The position numbers were made by a program, and so were the translations under genes. A stretch of DNA of 64,000 bases from Mobula hypostoma (Eukaryota), in the NCBI RefSeq assembly GCF_963921235.1, contig NC_086120.1:24862001-24926000 (forward strand), given 5' to 3'. Of this stretch, positions 1 through 12,342 are shown piece by piece. The number at the start of each line of letters is the position of its first letter. Position 1 is the first letter of the stretch. The notes below the pieces were generated by a model. It was given only the letters and a program-made list of their open reading frames with translations, ran no database searches and was not told where the DNA came from.

Positions 1-825
1 GTAGGGAGGACAATGTGTTTGGCACAGACCAGATGGGCTGAAGGACCTGTTTCTGTGCTGTTTTCCTCCAACTCAGAAGATACAGACACTGCCTCAAACC
101 AAGTGACTCCAAGAAGAAAGTAGATGTAGCCATTAGTAGAGAGTTGAGGTCATGGCTGGCAAACAAGTGGGAGAGCCTCGCAAAAGGTTATTAAGCTCGA
201 TAATTCACTGCTTCTGGCAAGTGATGGCAAGAGATTAAATTTAGACTGGAATCCTCTGAACCTCAGCCGATTCTGAGCTGGAAAGGACATCATGTCAATA
301 ATAAATGTTCAATAAATCATGTAAATGTGTTACGGTTGGTTTGACTAATTTACATAAACAATGAATTTTTTTGCAGCTATGACAGGTTATCAAGTAAGAT
401 TCAAAAATCTAAAAAACTCTAAATATACATAAAGCATTGAAAGAATTTAAGTAGAATCTCCCAGAGGTTTAACAGCTGAATCCGATTTAAAAGAAAAATC
501 AAGAAGGCATTCCATTGTTCAAAGTCATATGGGTGTCAACTTTCACAGAGCAGAAAAAAATCCCATCAATAAAAACGTAGAATTGCTAGAAAGCACATTG
601 CAAGAGTGGAATTTGAGTAATTCTATCTTAAGATAAATTTCCAGAGGAGTTTCTAGGACGAGATGGAAAATAAGGGCTTCTTGGATGTTGTTTGATAGTA
701 GGGAATGGCTACTGATTAGTTCCTAAGTACAGGTTCCTACAAATGAAAATGGGGAAAAGTTCCCATAAACACAGATTCCTGCAGATGTAAGTGGGCAGTG
801 ATTATAACCTGAGCAAAGATTTCCT

Positions 826-1783
826 ACAACACATATAAAAATTGCTGGTGAACGCAACAGGCTAGGCAGCATCTCTAGGAAGAGGTACAGTCGATGTTTC
901 TGGCCGAGATCCTTCGTCAGGACTAACTGAAAGAAGAGATAGTAAGAGATTTGGAAGTGGGAGGGGGAGGGAGAGATCTGAAATGATAGGAGAAGACAGG
1001 AGGGGGAGGGATGGAGCCAAGAGCTGGAAAGTTGATTGGTAAAAGGGATATGAGAGGATCATGGGACGGGAGGCCTAGGGAGAAAGAAAGGGGAGGGCGG
1101 AAGCCCAGAGGATGGGCAAGGAGTATAGTGAGAGGAACAAGAGGGAGAAAAAGGAGAGAGAAAAAATAATAATAAATAAATAACAGATGAAGTACGAAGG
1201 GGAGGTGGGGCATTAACGGAAGTTAGAGAAGTCAATGTTCATGCCATCAGGTTGGAGGCTACCCAGACAGAATATAAGGTGTTGTTCCTCCAACCTGAGT
1301 GTGGCTTCATCTTGACAGTAGAGGAGGCTGTGGATAGACTTCTCAGAATGGGAATGGGACATGGAATTAAAATGTGTGGCCACTGGGAGATCCTGCTTTC
1401 TCTGGCGGACAGAGCGTAGGTGTTCAGTGAAACAGTCTCCCAGTCTGCATCAGGTCTCACCAATATATAGAAGGCCGCATCGGGAGCACCGGACGCAGTA
1501 TATCACCCCAGCCGACTCACAGGTGAAATGTCACCTCACCTGGGAGGACTGTCTGGGGCCCTGAATGGTAATGAGGGAGGAAGTGTAAGGGCATAGTAGC
1601 ACTTGTTCCACTTACAAGTATAAGTGCAGGGAGGGAGATTGGTGGGAAGGGATGCGGGGGGGAACGAATGGACAAGGGAGTCATGTAGGGAGCGATCCCT
1701 GCGGAAAGTGGGGAGGGGGAGATGTGCTTAGTGGTGGGATCCCATTGGAGGTGGCAGAAGTTACGGAGAATTATATGTTGGTT
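826..1783 (-). mobile_element. Penelope-like retroelement, 5'-truncated (GIY-YIG end plus terminal repeat)
   Basis: Near-identical to the reverse complement of ~10135-11095. It has a 10-bp TSD aagatttcct at 816-825 and 1784-1793. Confidence 0.9.
889..924 (-). ncRNA. Minimal hammerhead ribozyme motif in Penelope terminus
   Basis: The minus strand reads AGTC-CTGACGA-A-GGAT-CTCG-GCCA-GAAA-CA-TC-GACT (stem I AGTC/GACT, CUGANGA and GAAA cores). Stem II is weakened. Confidence 0.65.
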
Positions 1784-2499
1784 AAGATTTCCTTAGACAC
1801 ACTTGAGTACAGACTACTAAAAAATTGAGCAGTGTTCTTTCCATATAGCAAGTGATACCCCACAAGGAAAATTGTCTGCTGCAAAAGTACCCGTAGATAA
1901 TGCAATGCAAAAAAAATCACAAGTAACAGCAGTATGAAGAGATTACAGCAGAGATACCATTGTGTTTACATTTTCCCAAATGAAGGTTAAAAACCACAGT
2001 CAACCCTGAATGTTTCAACCCTCAACATTTTACTAGCATTTTAACAGAGTTGCAAATGATAGTGGTAACATCAGAGTACAATACTGGTAGGTACAGGTCC
2101 ATCATTGGAGTAGCCCTCACAGATACAAGTCTTTTACTGTATAACAGGGATGCAGTACTTAAAGAGACATCTGCCACTACATGGCAATAGAATAGTATTA
2201 ATGGAGTAGGTTTGTCCCATGGCTTTGTAGCCATTTGTACTGCAGCTTGGGGTATCATCTTTTACAATTCCCTCCACTTCTTGAAAACAAAGACCCATAT
2301 AACTTTGAATATTGGAATGCATTTTCTGAGATTTCTCCTTGTGACTTTAAATTGGATTCAGCAGTTGAGAATTACTTGATTTAGTGGATTGTTTCAAAAC
2401 TTTAATTATCTACCCAATATGTTATCAGTGTTGTACAATATTGGAGGCACAGATCTGACACTGTACAAGATATTAATATCAGAATCAGAAATCAAAAAC

Positions 2500-3130
2500 T
2501 ATACCCAACCTTTGCCCACAGATTCCCTGCATCCGTAGCCCTTTTTTCCCCTGATACTTCCCACCTATTCCCTTCCCTTACTCACACTCCTACACTTCCC
2601 CACATACATAGCATTCCTCAACATCACCACTTGTCCACCTACTCACCCATACCGCTTCAACCTCGTCACTCTCTACCCACCAACTACACCCACATTCCTC
2701 CTACCCCCCCCCCCAATTCAAACCTCTTTTCAACCCAGCAGCTGCCCTGATTCACCACGCCCCGGCAAAATACACCAACCTAGTCCACTCCAGCCCCAAC
2801 CTTACCCCATTCCACCCACTCCAGTACCACACTGACGCCATGTCCAACACCCAACCTCCCGCACTCCAGCCCCACCCTAACCCCAATCCAACGCCCCTGC
2901 CCCACATCCCCAACCATATCATGACAATTTACACCACCGCCATTCCTCTATTCCTCCCGCCAATCCTACCCTTCAGCCACTACGCTTCCATTCCCCGCTA
3001 CCCTTCCATACCCCACCCCACTCTCAACCCCCACCTGCAAAACCTCTCTTCCTTCCTTCCTTCCACCCACCGTCTTCCACTACTCAGCTCCATCTCCTCC
3101 GCCGCCACAACCCCTTCGCCGACTCCCACC
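2500..3130. repeat. C-rich low-complexity tract (G-rich on minus strand)
   Basis: Dense CCC/CCA/CCT runs with very few G on the plus strand, directly downstream of the 3300-3560 promoter on the minus strand. Confidence 0.7.
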
Positions 3131-3241
3131 GCCCCGTGTTGCGATTTTCCCAGACACTGTGTCTTCCACTCCGACTCATCCCACCCTGTCAGCAGAGAAA
3201 GGCCCAAGAACAGGGTCTCTCTCCGCGACTCCCTCACTCAC

Positions 3242-3565
3242 CATCTTCTCCAGCTCCGCATCACTCTACCTCTCACACAAACCTGCTAGCCCGTTTACTC
3301 CCGCCTCCATACTAGCGATTGCTCAAATCGCAGAGGACGGAAAAAGTTTTCTCGCTGATTAGTTATTAACCCTGTCAATCAAATGCAGTCTTCCGCCACT
3401 AAGTTTAGTTGAGCCGCAGTGACGGTATTTCCGTTGCAGCAGGTGACTTACAGACGCCTCATCATTGGTGAGCGCATAGCATTCTGGAAATGGTAGTTCG
3501 ATCAGGAGGAATTCGGCGAGAACAATTCATGTCACACTACAACTCCCAGGGGGCGCTGCGGCCGA
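3242..3565 (-). promoter_or_regulatory. CpG-rich promoter and candidate first exon of an unidentified minus-strand gene
   Basis: ZNF143/SBS-type motifs ACTACAACTCCCAG (3536-3549) and GAACTACCATTTCCAGAATGC (minus, ~3479-3499). CpG enrichment, an ATG at 3310 (MEAGVNGLAG...), a strong donor ATG|gtgagt at 3242/3241 and G-skew downstream also support it. Confidence 0.55.
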
Positions 3566-3827
3566 CTATCTCTCCCCCCCCCACGCCCACCCCCACTCCC
3601 TGATATGAACAAGGTTCTGGTGGATTTCCTGGGGTATGTCGTTCAGCTGAAAATTGTCTTGCTCACCATCCTCGCCCACTTCAAGTTCTATCGTGCATTC
3701 ATCTGCTGATTTTATTTTGCGTCTCGGACGATTTGGGGATTTTCCCCCTAGTCTCCAGCACCGGTGCGGAATCACTCTCCCAGACAACTGCATGAATAAT
3801 TTCATCAGTAGCTTGAGACAATTTATT

Positions 3828-4015
3828 CTCTATGAATTGATGAGGAGAATAAGCTGTCTTTTTTTATTATATACTACGTAATAGCTTAATACTATATGAT
3901 TTTGATGTCTTTCACTTTCTGTTTGCATTGTTATTGATATATATACGAGATAATTCTCCTCTTGTTTGTATATATGCTCTTTTTAAATCATAAAAAGATT
4001 AATAAAGAAAAGAAA
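3828..4015 (+). mobile_element. Short 3' fragment of a LINE (L1-like) with A-rich tail
   Basis: Ends in aataaagaaaagaaa and has a 13-bp TSD gagacaatttatt at 3815-3827 and 4016-4028. Confidence 0.7.
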
Positions 4016-7000
4016 GAGACAATTTATTTTAAGGACGGACAGACAGAAGCAGGATGCAGTGTTCAAATACAAAAGACCCTGAAGAGGTCTTGACATGGCG
4101 TTTGTATTTTCTCTCTGCTTCTCTATCCAGATCTGAGGGGCATAATCTCAGTGTTTAAGAATTAAATAAGAAATGTATTCTCTCCAAAGATTATGTCCTC
4201 TACTCGTGAGCTTTAAATGCTAAATCACTCAGTAACTCGAGGCTGTTTTCTGGACGGCAGGGAAAAACCACAGATCTTAAGAACCAGGTCTGAAAATTGC
4301 CCAAGGATCAGACATGATCTTATTGATTGATAGCACAAGCTTGGAGGACGCCTGGCCTATTCCTGCTATTTCTAATTGGTCTCATTCAGCACTGTAAGCC
4401 TTTCCAATATGTAGTATGCTCCTTGCTGATAGGAAATTAAAATGCATAGGTTATTTATTCTACAAACTAGCAAAATTCTGCGCACCTAAGCAGGGCCTGG
4501 CATCTACTGCTTTTTCTGTGCTATGTTCTATGTGCCCTGCATATCTTCCCTCCCAAGCCTGGGACATCTGACTTTGCATTGGCAAACTATACAATGCTTC
4601 AGTGTTATCGATACTAGCTTTGGAAGGCTATGGTAAAACTTACCCTCACCCCACTGAATATCTTGATCCTTGACCTGTAAAGGCAAACATTCTATTAAGC
4701 ATTTTTGCTATTAAATCTCTCATATTAATAAACCTAAATATCTATGGATCAGGCCAACTTTGCTTGTTGTTCCACTACATTTAGTCCTCTCTCCACAGTG
4801 CTGAGACTGTGAGACTGTTCCAGCTGCTCCAGGCTTTGTATCTGCAACTCTTAATATTATCCCTGGGCATTGAAACTCAAAAACCTACTTATAATTCGCA
4901 TTGCCTCTTCAGAATGCTTTTTTTTTTGCATGGAAAGTAAGTTACAAAGCCATCCTGGATTTTTCCAGACCCATAGGGAGGGCAGACAGTGCAAGATTGT
5001 AAGGGAAAAATGTTTGACTGGAAACGTCTTGAGTAATAAAGTGCATTTGTTGACCATTTATAGGATGTGGCAGGTAGAGCATTCTGAAATTAGAGGTATG
5101 AATCTGCAGATGCTGGCATCTAAAGCAACAATGTGCTGGAGGAACTCAGTGACTTAAACAGCAACTGTAGGGTAGCAGAGGGGGAGGAATTATCAACGAT
5201 TTGAACTGTCAAAATACTACTTCTGGAGTAAATTACAGATGGCCAACCCACCTCCAAGTCCTAATGAAAATGTCCTTTTTATATAACATCTCTCATAATC
5301 TGCAAAAGTATCGGCAAAGCCAACAGTTTGTCCTCAGCAATGCTAAACAATATACCAGCCGCAGCCACGTGTGGTCTACATCAATTAAAGGCACGCATTC
5401 CATCTCTCTGTTACTTAAATCAGCAACTGGCAGATTCTTAAAGCTGGCTCCTGATCAGTAAATTCTTGCACAATGCACTGCCCCACTCCCAGAAATGTTC
5501 TGATAGTTGGCCCAGATGTACCAGCTGATACAACAGAGGAACAATTATCAATGACTGATATTCTCAAGCCTTTAAAAATAAATTTAATCAACATATCTAA
5601 TATTTTAATGATTAAAAATAAAATGCTTACAGACACGAGAAAGCACTTAAAACATTTTTCCCTCCAAAAAATTAAATTTACCTGTACATGGTCTCTCTTT
5701 CGAGACCATTCCTCTGCATTGAAACTGCATCATCTAACGCATCACAGATTTCACCAGGAGAAAACCCAATGCCACTACAGGGGAACAAGAAGCTGTTGCT
5801 CTGCAGCTGTAGTCCATGTGGTATCGTACATCAGAGCAAGGTACCGTGTTGGGATGATGATAATGGTAATTTTGGGTCAGGAAGTCCTGCTTCTGTTTGG
5901 AGTACTTTGGGGCACTGGGCATCGGAAAGTTTGGTGAACTATCACCAATCCAGCTCCAATTTCAGAAACATGAGGGGAAACACAAGATGTTCATGTTATG
6001 AAAGACCCCAAGATTTCCCCATTCTATCATGCCAAATTAGTTCTAAATTTATTGACTATTTTGATTTTAAACCCATCTCTTCCTGCAAAAGTGTTCTGCA
6101 CCAAATCCATACTACAAAGAGAAGAGTAATAAATAATCAAAATGACACACTTTTAATGATGTTCTTGAGAGCTAATTAGCTTTGGTAGAATGCGCTCTGT
6201 TTTTCTACCCTGGAGTATTTTAACAATCTATAACAGGACCTTAATTTAACATAAACTCCAAAAGATGAGAGCTCTGACAGGGCTACACGGGAGTCTCAGG
6301 CTTTGTTAGGGACTAGGATAATTTATTGATGAAAATACCTCACTGAGCCAAGGCTAAGATTATACAAGGCAAATATAGAAACTCATTTCAGATTGCAAGT
6401 AGCATTCATGTTCACAGATTGAGCACAAGGATGAATATCATCTTACGCTGATTCACGGTGAAGGTAAAGAAAACCCTGAAGTGGTTTAAAACGAATCTGG
6501 TACCTCAGAATAGAGAAATCTTAGGGTGCTTCACAATGTGAACTAGGATCACTGATATATATCGTGAAATTTATTGTGCTTTCCTTATGTTTCTAATTTT
6601 GGGAGCTGGCCAGGTGACGTTTTGTCTGAACTTCCTGACTCCTAGTGTCCCCGAAGTATTCCAAACAGAAGCTAGATTTCCTCAACAAAAAAAAACCCTT
6701 CTTCCCATCCCGCTACTGCTTTGCCCCCATCTTAGCACTATAATCCCTTTCAACATTACACCTTCTCTCAAACCTCAATTTACAGGCCAAGTAGATCTGC
6801 TGCCTCATGGTTTCAGCAGCCCAGGTTCAATCCCAGCACAGGCTTACTGTGGATGGTCTAGTTTGCTTCCACATCCCAAATATGCAGATTGGTAGATTAA
6901 TTGGCTGTAGCAAACAGCCCCTTGTGTGTATGTGAATGGTATATATGCAGAACGGGTTGGGGGCATTGCTGAGGAAAATTAAATGAATTAGAGTAGGACT

Positions 7001-7383
7001 CGTGCAGTAAAAAAAATGAGAGTTTAACAGAGGAGGTTAAACTGATCCTCTGTTTCTGTGTTGTATCCATGATCAACGTTGACAGTGGTTGTGATTGAGC
7101 AAACAAATCATCAGCAAGATGGATGGGAAGTTTTCAAACAGGACATGCCAACTGGTCTGAGATGAACAGGGGCAGCGGGAAGCTCCCTGGAAACATATAC
7201 AACAGCAACAGAGTGAAACAGTGAATACAGAGATCAGGCAGGTTAAATCAGTTAAGGGTCCATGTGACCTACACCTATTTCATTTGGAAGTAGCAGGGAC
7301 TAGGTAATCCAAGCATCCTACTTCTGTGCTGTACGATCTAGAAATCTTCAATATTAAAAAATACAGAAATTTCTCAAAGTAGT

Positions 7384-7389
7384 TTTATT
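7384..7389 (-). promoter_or_regulatory. Candidate BABAM1 polyadenylation signal AATAAA
   Basis: AATAAA on the minus strand ~710 nt after the BABAM1 stop, at the end of a repeat-free 3' UTR-like stretch. Confidence 0.5.
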
Positions 7390-8098
7390 TCATTTAAAGC
7401 AAACAAAAATCGGCAAAAATGTTTTGCTTCAATACAAGCTTTCATTAAAGAATTATCTTGCCAGTGTTGCTGACTGGGGTTGAAGAGTTGTATTTACATA
7501 ATATGTTATGCATTTGAAAGCACTGAATGCTTCTGAATTCTCATGAATTAACATGAAGTGCAAAGACTGACATACAGCAGCCATTAGGCACAGTAACACC
7601 AAAGGAACAAACAAGTAACAAATCAGGCAGGAACGTAAATTGATCTTGTGCTTTGGATGATAGAAGAACCTGTTCTTCAAAAGCAACACGGAATCGCCAT
7701 TGCCGAATGGAAGAGGCAAGCGAGATCCCATATGTCTGGTCTTAAAGCAATGCAGTTGACCTTCAATACTACATGGTGCAAGAGTTGGAGATTCAGCCTA
7801 CATTTTCCAACCACCATAAAAACTTAATAGTGTGCCACCATGCAAGATTGTGCTCATTTCGAAATGCTGAACAGGATCTATATTCTCCATTTTATAGTCA
7901 GAGCTAAACTGGACTGGAGCTACAGGACGAGGCAGCAGGTGTAGAACCTCATTGAGATGGTAGTCATTTACTGTGAGGCATGAGCGTAAGAACAATAGGA
8001 GAGAAAGACAGACACTGTGTGAAAGGAGAAATAGAGATGAAGAGATTAAGACAGTTGAGAAAGAATTTTAATTTACTTCTCCCAGAAACATCCTTCCA

Positions 8099-8299
8099 TC
8101 AGACAGTCGCTTCCACTTCCACTGAATCTTCATCCTCCAGAAGACTATAAACCGCATGGACCTGGACTGGCCTCTGCAGCGGATGTGCGAGTAACTTGGC
8201 CATGCAGTTATGCAGCTCCACAGCTTGTCCAGTGAGTGACACGTCGTATTTGTAGCCGGTTCCCTTTGTGTCCAAGTTATTGAAAAATGAATGAGCTTC
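8099..8299 (-). CDS. BABAM1: BABAM1/MERIT40 last coding exon (8)
   Basis: ttcttcacacag|EAHSFFNNLDTKGTGYKYDVSLTGQAVELHNCMAKLLAHPLQRPVQVHAVYSLLEDEDSVEVEATV*, matching the MERIT40 C-terminus (LLAHPLQRP...EVEATV). 201 nt, phase 0. Confidence 0.97.
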   Translation of the reverse strand, partial: EAHSFFNNLDTKGTGYKYDVSLTGQAVELHNCMAKLLAHPLQRPVQVHAVYSLLEDEDSVEVEATV

Positions 8300-8659
8300 C
8301 TGTGTGAAGAAAGAAAATTTAATATCACTCAGGAATCTAAAAACAGAATAAAAATAGGAAGTACTTTAATGTATATTTAATTATTCCATTCATCATCCTG
8401 GCCTCAAAGTCAGAATATTCCAGGGGAACTTGAACCTATTCAAAGCTTTTAAAGAATGAAAATTACGCTGAATATCCAGAATACTCAGCTAGAATGCTGT
8501 ATATTACATGTGCTGTGTTGTGGCTGTGACCATTAAACAAGAACCTTCTGCCCAGAGACAGGAAGGACAACAGTTATCTAGTCTCTCAGCCAATATTCCC
8601 TTACAGACAATATTAAGTAAAATACATGAGCCTTAAGCACATTACTTACTGATCCTACA

Positions 8660-8845
8660 GGCAACAATCTGTTGGAAGAACTCAGCAGGTTGAACAGCAC
8701 CTTTGGGAGGAAGGGAATTGCCAACATTTTGGGTGGAAACAATGACAATTTATTTCCTCCACAGATACTGCTCAACCTGCTGAGTTTTTGCAGCAGATTG
8801 TCTGTCGCTCCAGATTCCAACATCTGCAGACACTTGCATCTCCAT
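8660..8845. mobile_element. Older fold-back element made of inverted Penelope-type termini
   Basis: acaatctgttggaagaactcagcaggttgaacagca...tgctcaacctgctgagtttttgcagcagattgt is an imperfect palindrome. Confidence 0.6.
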
Positions 8846-9069
8846 TGTCTGCAAGACCTTGCTGTGTGAAGCTTGACTACTGCATGTCCCAGTCACAGTA
8901 GCTTTGGCTGCTTCAGTCACCTTCTCTCCATAAAGTCAGGCAAGGGGCATTCACGAAGAACCTCTTATTTATCCGTTACCTATGGCTTCTCAGCCATCAC
9001 AGTTGATAGAGCTCTCAACTACATCTGTTCTGTTTGCAATATTGCTACTAGGGGGACTGGTTAGGTCGA

Positions 9070-11095
9070 CTTTATCCGCTCAGGGGATCTCCCATTCACT
9101 GCTACCAACCTTATAGTTCCCACACCTCGCACTTCCCGTTTCTACCTCCTACCCAAGATCCACAAACCTGCCTATCCTGGTAGACCTATTGTCTCAGCTT
9201 GCTCCTGCCCCACCGAACTCATTTCTGCATACCTCGACACTGTTTTATCCCCACTTGTTCAATCCCTTCCCACCTATGCTCGTGACACTTCTCACGCTCT
9301 TTAACTTTTCCACGATTTTAAGTTCCTTGGCCCCCACCACTTTATTTTCACCATGGATGTCCAGTCCCTATATACTTCCATCCCCCATCAGGAAGGTCTC
9401 AAAGCTCTCCGCTTCTTTTTGGATTCCAGACCTAACCAGTTCCCCTCTACGACCACTCTGCTCCGTCTAGCGGAATTAGTCCTTACTCTTAATAATTTCT
9501 CCTTTGGCTCCTCCCACTTCCTCCAAACTAAAGGTGTAGCTATGGGCACCCGTATGGGTCCTAGCTATGCCTGCCTTTTTGTTGGCTTTGTGGTACAATC
9601 TATGTTCCAAACCTATTCTGGTATCTGTCCCCCACTTTTCCTTCGCTACATCGACAACTGCATTGGCGCTGCTTCCTGCATGCATGCTGAGCTCGTTGAC
9701 TTCATTAACTTTGCCTCCAACTTTCACCCTGCCCTCAAGTTTACCTAGTCCATTTCCGACACCTCCCTCCCCTTTCTAGATCTTTCTGTCTCTGTCTCTG
9801 GAGACAGCTTATCTACTGATGTCTACTATAAGCCTACTGACTCTCACAGCTATCTGGACTATTCCTCTTCTCACCCTGTCTCTTGCAAAAATGCCATCCC
9901 CTTCTCGCAATTCCTCCATCTCCGCCGCATCTGCTCTCAGGATGAGGCTTTTCATTCCAGGACAAGGGAGATGTCCTCCTTTTTTAAAGAAAGGGGCTTC
10001 CCTTCCTCTACCATCAACTCTGCTCTCAAACGCATCTCCCCCATTTCACGCACATCTGCTCTCACTCCATCCTCTCGCCACCCCACTAGGAATAGGTTCC
10101 TCTTGTCCTCACCTACCACCCCACCAGCCTCCGGGTCCAACATATTATTCTCCGTAACTTCCGCCACCTCCAACGGGATCCCACCACTAAGCACATCTTT
10201 CCCTCCCCCACCTCTCTGCTTTCCGCAGGGATCGCTCCCTACGCGACTCCCTTGTCCATTCCTCCCCCCCATCCCTCCCCACCAATCTCCCTCCTGGCAC
10301 TTATCCCTGTAAGCGGAACAAGTGCTACACATGCCCTTACACTTCCTCCCTTACCACCATTCAGGACCCCAGACAGTCCTTCCAGGTGAGGCGACATTTC
10401 ACCTGTGAGTTGGCTGGGGTGATATACTGTGTCTGGTGCTCCCGATGTGGGCTTCTATATATTGGCGAGACCCGACGCAGACTGGGAGATCGTTTCGCTG
10501 AACACCTACGCTCTGTCCGCAAGAGAAAGCAGGATCTCCCAGTGGCCACACATTGTAATTCCACGTCCCATTCCCATTCTGATATGTCTATCCACGGCCT
10601 CCTCTACTGTAAAGATGAAGCCACACTCAAGATGGAGGTACAACACCTTATATTCCATCTCCAACCTGATGGCATGAACATTGACTTCTCAAACTTCCGC
10701 CAAAGCCCCACCTTCCCCTCATACCCCATCCGTTATTTATTTATATACACACATTCTTTTTCTCTCTCTCTCCTTTTTCTCCCTCTGTCCCTCTCACTAT
10801 AGCCCTTGCCCATCCTCCGGGTTTTTCCCCCCCTCCCCTTTTCTTTCTCCCTGGGCCTCCTGTCCCATGATCCTCTCATATCCCTTTTGCCAATCAACTG
10901 TCCAGCTCTTGGCTCCATCCCTCCCCCTCCTGTCTTCTCCTATCATTTTGGATCTCCCCCTCCCCTTCCCACTTTCAAATCTCTTACTAGCTTTTCTTTC
11001 AGTTAGTCCTGACGAAGGGTCTCGGTCTGAAACGTCGACTGTACCTCTTCCTAGAGATGCTGCCTGGCCTGCTGCATTCACCAGCAACTTTGATG
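9070..11095 (+). mobile_element. Penelope-like retroelement (RT plus GIY-YIG endonuclease), 5'-truncated and disrupted
   Basis: RT motifs MDVQSLYTSIPH, QTKGVAMGTRMGPSYACLF and RYIDN. GIY-YIG motif VIYCVWCSRCGLLYIGETRRRLGDRFAEH. A pyrimidine-rich 3' region and a hammerhead-bearing terminus follow. Stops and frameshifts are present. Confidence 0.95.
11005..11040 (+). ncRNA. Minimal type I hammerhead ribozyme motif
   Basis: AGTC-CTGACGA-A-GGGT-CTCG-GTCT-GAAA-CG-TC-GACT. Both core boxes are intact, and palindromic ACGT replaces helix III, as known for Penelope-associated hammerheads. Confidence 0.75.
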
Positions 11096-12104
11096 CAGTG
11101 AAATGCGTCATTTCTGTTAACAAATGACACATCTTAGGACGTGCTGGGGTCACCACACATTCTGATGCCAACATAGCATGCCCACAATGCTTGGCAGAAC
11201 AATACAGAATGGAACACGTAACAAATCATCAACAGCAGAACAAGCCTCTTTCCTCCTTCCCACACACACGAACAGTCCTCCAACTCCAGGGTAGGCCTCC
11301 AGTCGCCAGGCTTCGGCCATTGGGCTTTGACTTCCAATTGACCTTTGGGCCTTGATCTGCGGTATCAACCACCAGACAAGAATCCAAACTCCAGGCTCAA
11401 ACTCTGGGCACACCAACTCAGCGTCCTCACGCCCCCTCGTGCCTCCTGCTCACACAAACATCTGATCCCAGGACCCAGCAACCTGGGACTGCACAACATG
11501 CACAGATGTTCTTTGTCACCCATCCACATGGCTGGCCTTTCAGCACAGCACAGAGGGCCTAGAATCCAGATGTCCTCCATTACCAGTTCCAACACACTTC
11601 CTTCACCACTGCGGCCACGTTTCTACTCACAACATCCAACGCCAGCCAAACCCTCTACAATGCTGCCTGACCTGAATACCTCCATCTTCCCTTTCACTCC
11701 AGTGCGCCAGAAGATGCAGTACTTTGTATTTTGTGATTTAATTTCTTATTTCTTGGACAATAGGGTACATTCAGCTCTTTCTATTTACCTCTCTTCCACA
11801 CAGATCAGCTGTTACTAAATCTTTAATGCCACCTATCATTCATCCTCTCGAGCTCCAACCTACCACAGATATTCTCTCCTCTTTTGTCCTCTTCCCCCTC
11901 ATCTCTTAATAGAACTTGAAACATCCCAATTTCTGACAATTGAGATTTCTGGTGAAAGTTCACTACTTCACATTCCACAATGAAAAAGGGATTTGTTTTG
12001 TTCTCTCTTGTACAACTTTATATAATTTATGTTTAACATAAGTTTTCCTTGTGATTGATGTTTCTGATGCTATGTGCCCACGATGTCTCTGCAAGATTTT
12101 CATT

Positions 12105-12342
12105 GGGGCGGTACGGCAGCGTAGTGGCTTGCACAACGCTTTACAGTCCCAGCGACTTGGGTTCAATTCCCGCTGGTGTCTGTAAGGAGTTTGTACGTTC
12201 TCCCCGTGGCCACGTGGGTGCTCCAGTTTCCTCCCACAGTCCACTGGTAGGTTAATTGGTCAATGAAAATTGTCAAATGATTAGGGGTTACTGGCCGGCA
12301 TGGCTCAAAGGGCCTACTCCACGCTGCACCTCAATAAATAAA
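12105..12342 (+). mobile_element. tRNA-derived SINE (V-SINE/HE1-like)
   Basis: tRNA-like head (ggcagcgtagtgg...gggttcaattcccgc), central gagtttgtacgttctcccc...tttcctcccacagtcc domain and aataaataaa tail. Related copies are at ~6810, 35100, 54860 and 63128. Confidence 0.75.

Larger units (their letters stand above)
471..2366. mobile_element. Old element bounded by degenerate ~65-75 bp inverted repeats (471-534 / 2293-2366), interrupted by a Penelope insertion
   Basis: aacagctgaatccgatttaaaag..aaaaatcaagaaggcattccattgttcaaagtcatatgggt aligns with the reverse complement of 2293-2366 (aactgctgaatccaatttaaag..agaaatctcagaaaatgcattccaatattcaaagttatatgggt). No ORF or TSD was recognised. Confidence 0.5.

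Noticed and set aside
2022-2258. Faint resemblance of QAAVQ...KPWDKPTPLIL to retroviral pol connection region
   Set aside because: The match is too short and there are no flanking RT/RNase H motifs, so it cannot be supported without a search.
2840-3289. 149-aa Pro/His-rich ORF
   Set aside because: A by-product of C-rich low-complexity sequence that is depleted of stop codons.
12105-12180. tRNA gene-like A/B boxes (also at 35100 and 63128)
   Set aside because: No complete cloverleaf is present and the sequence continues into a SINE body.
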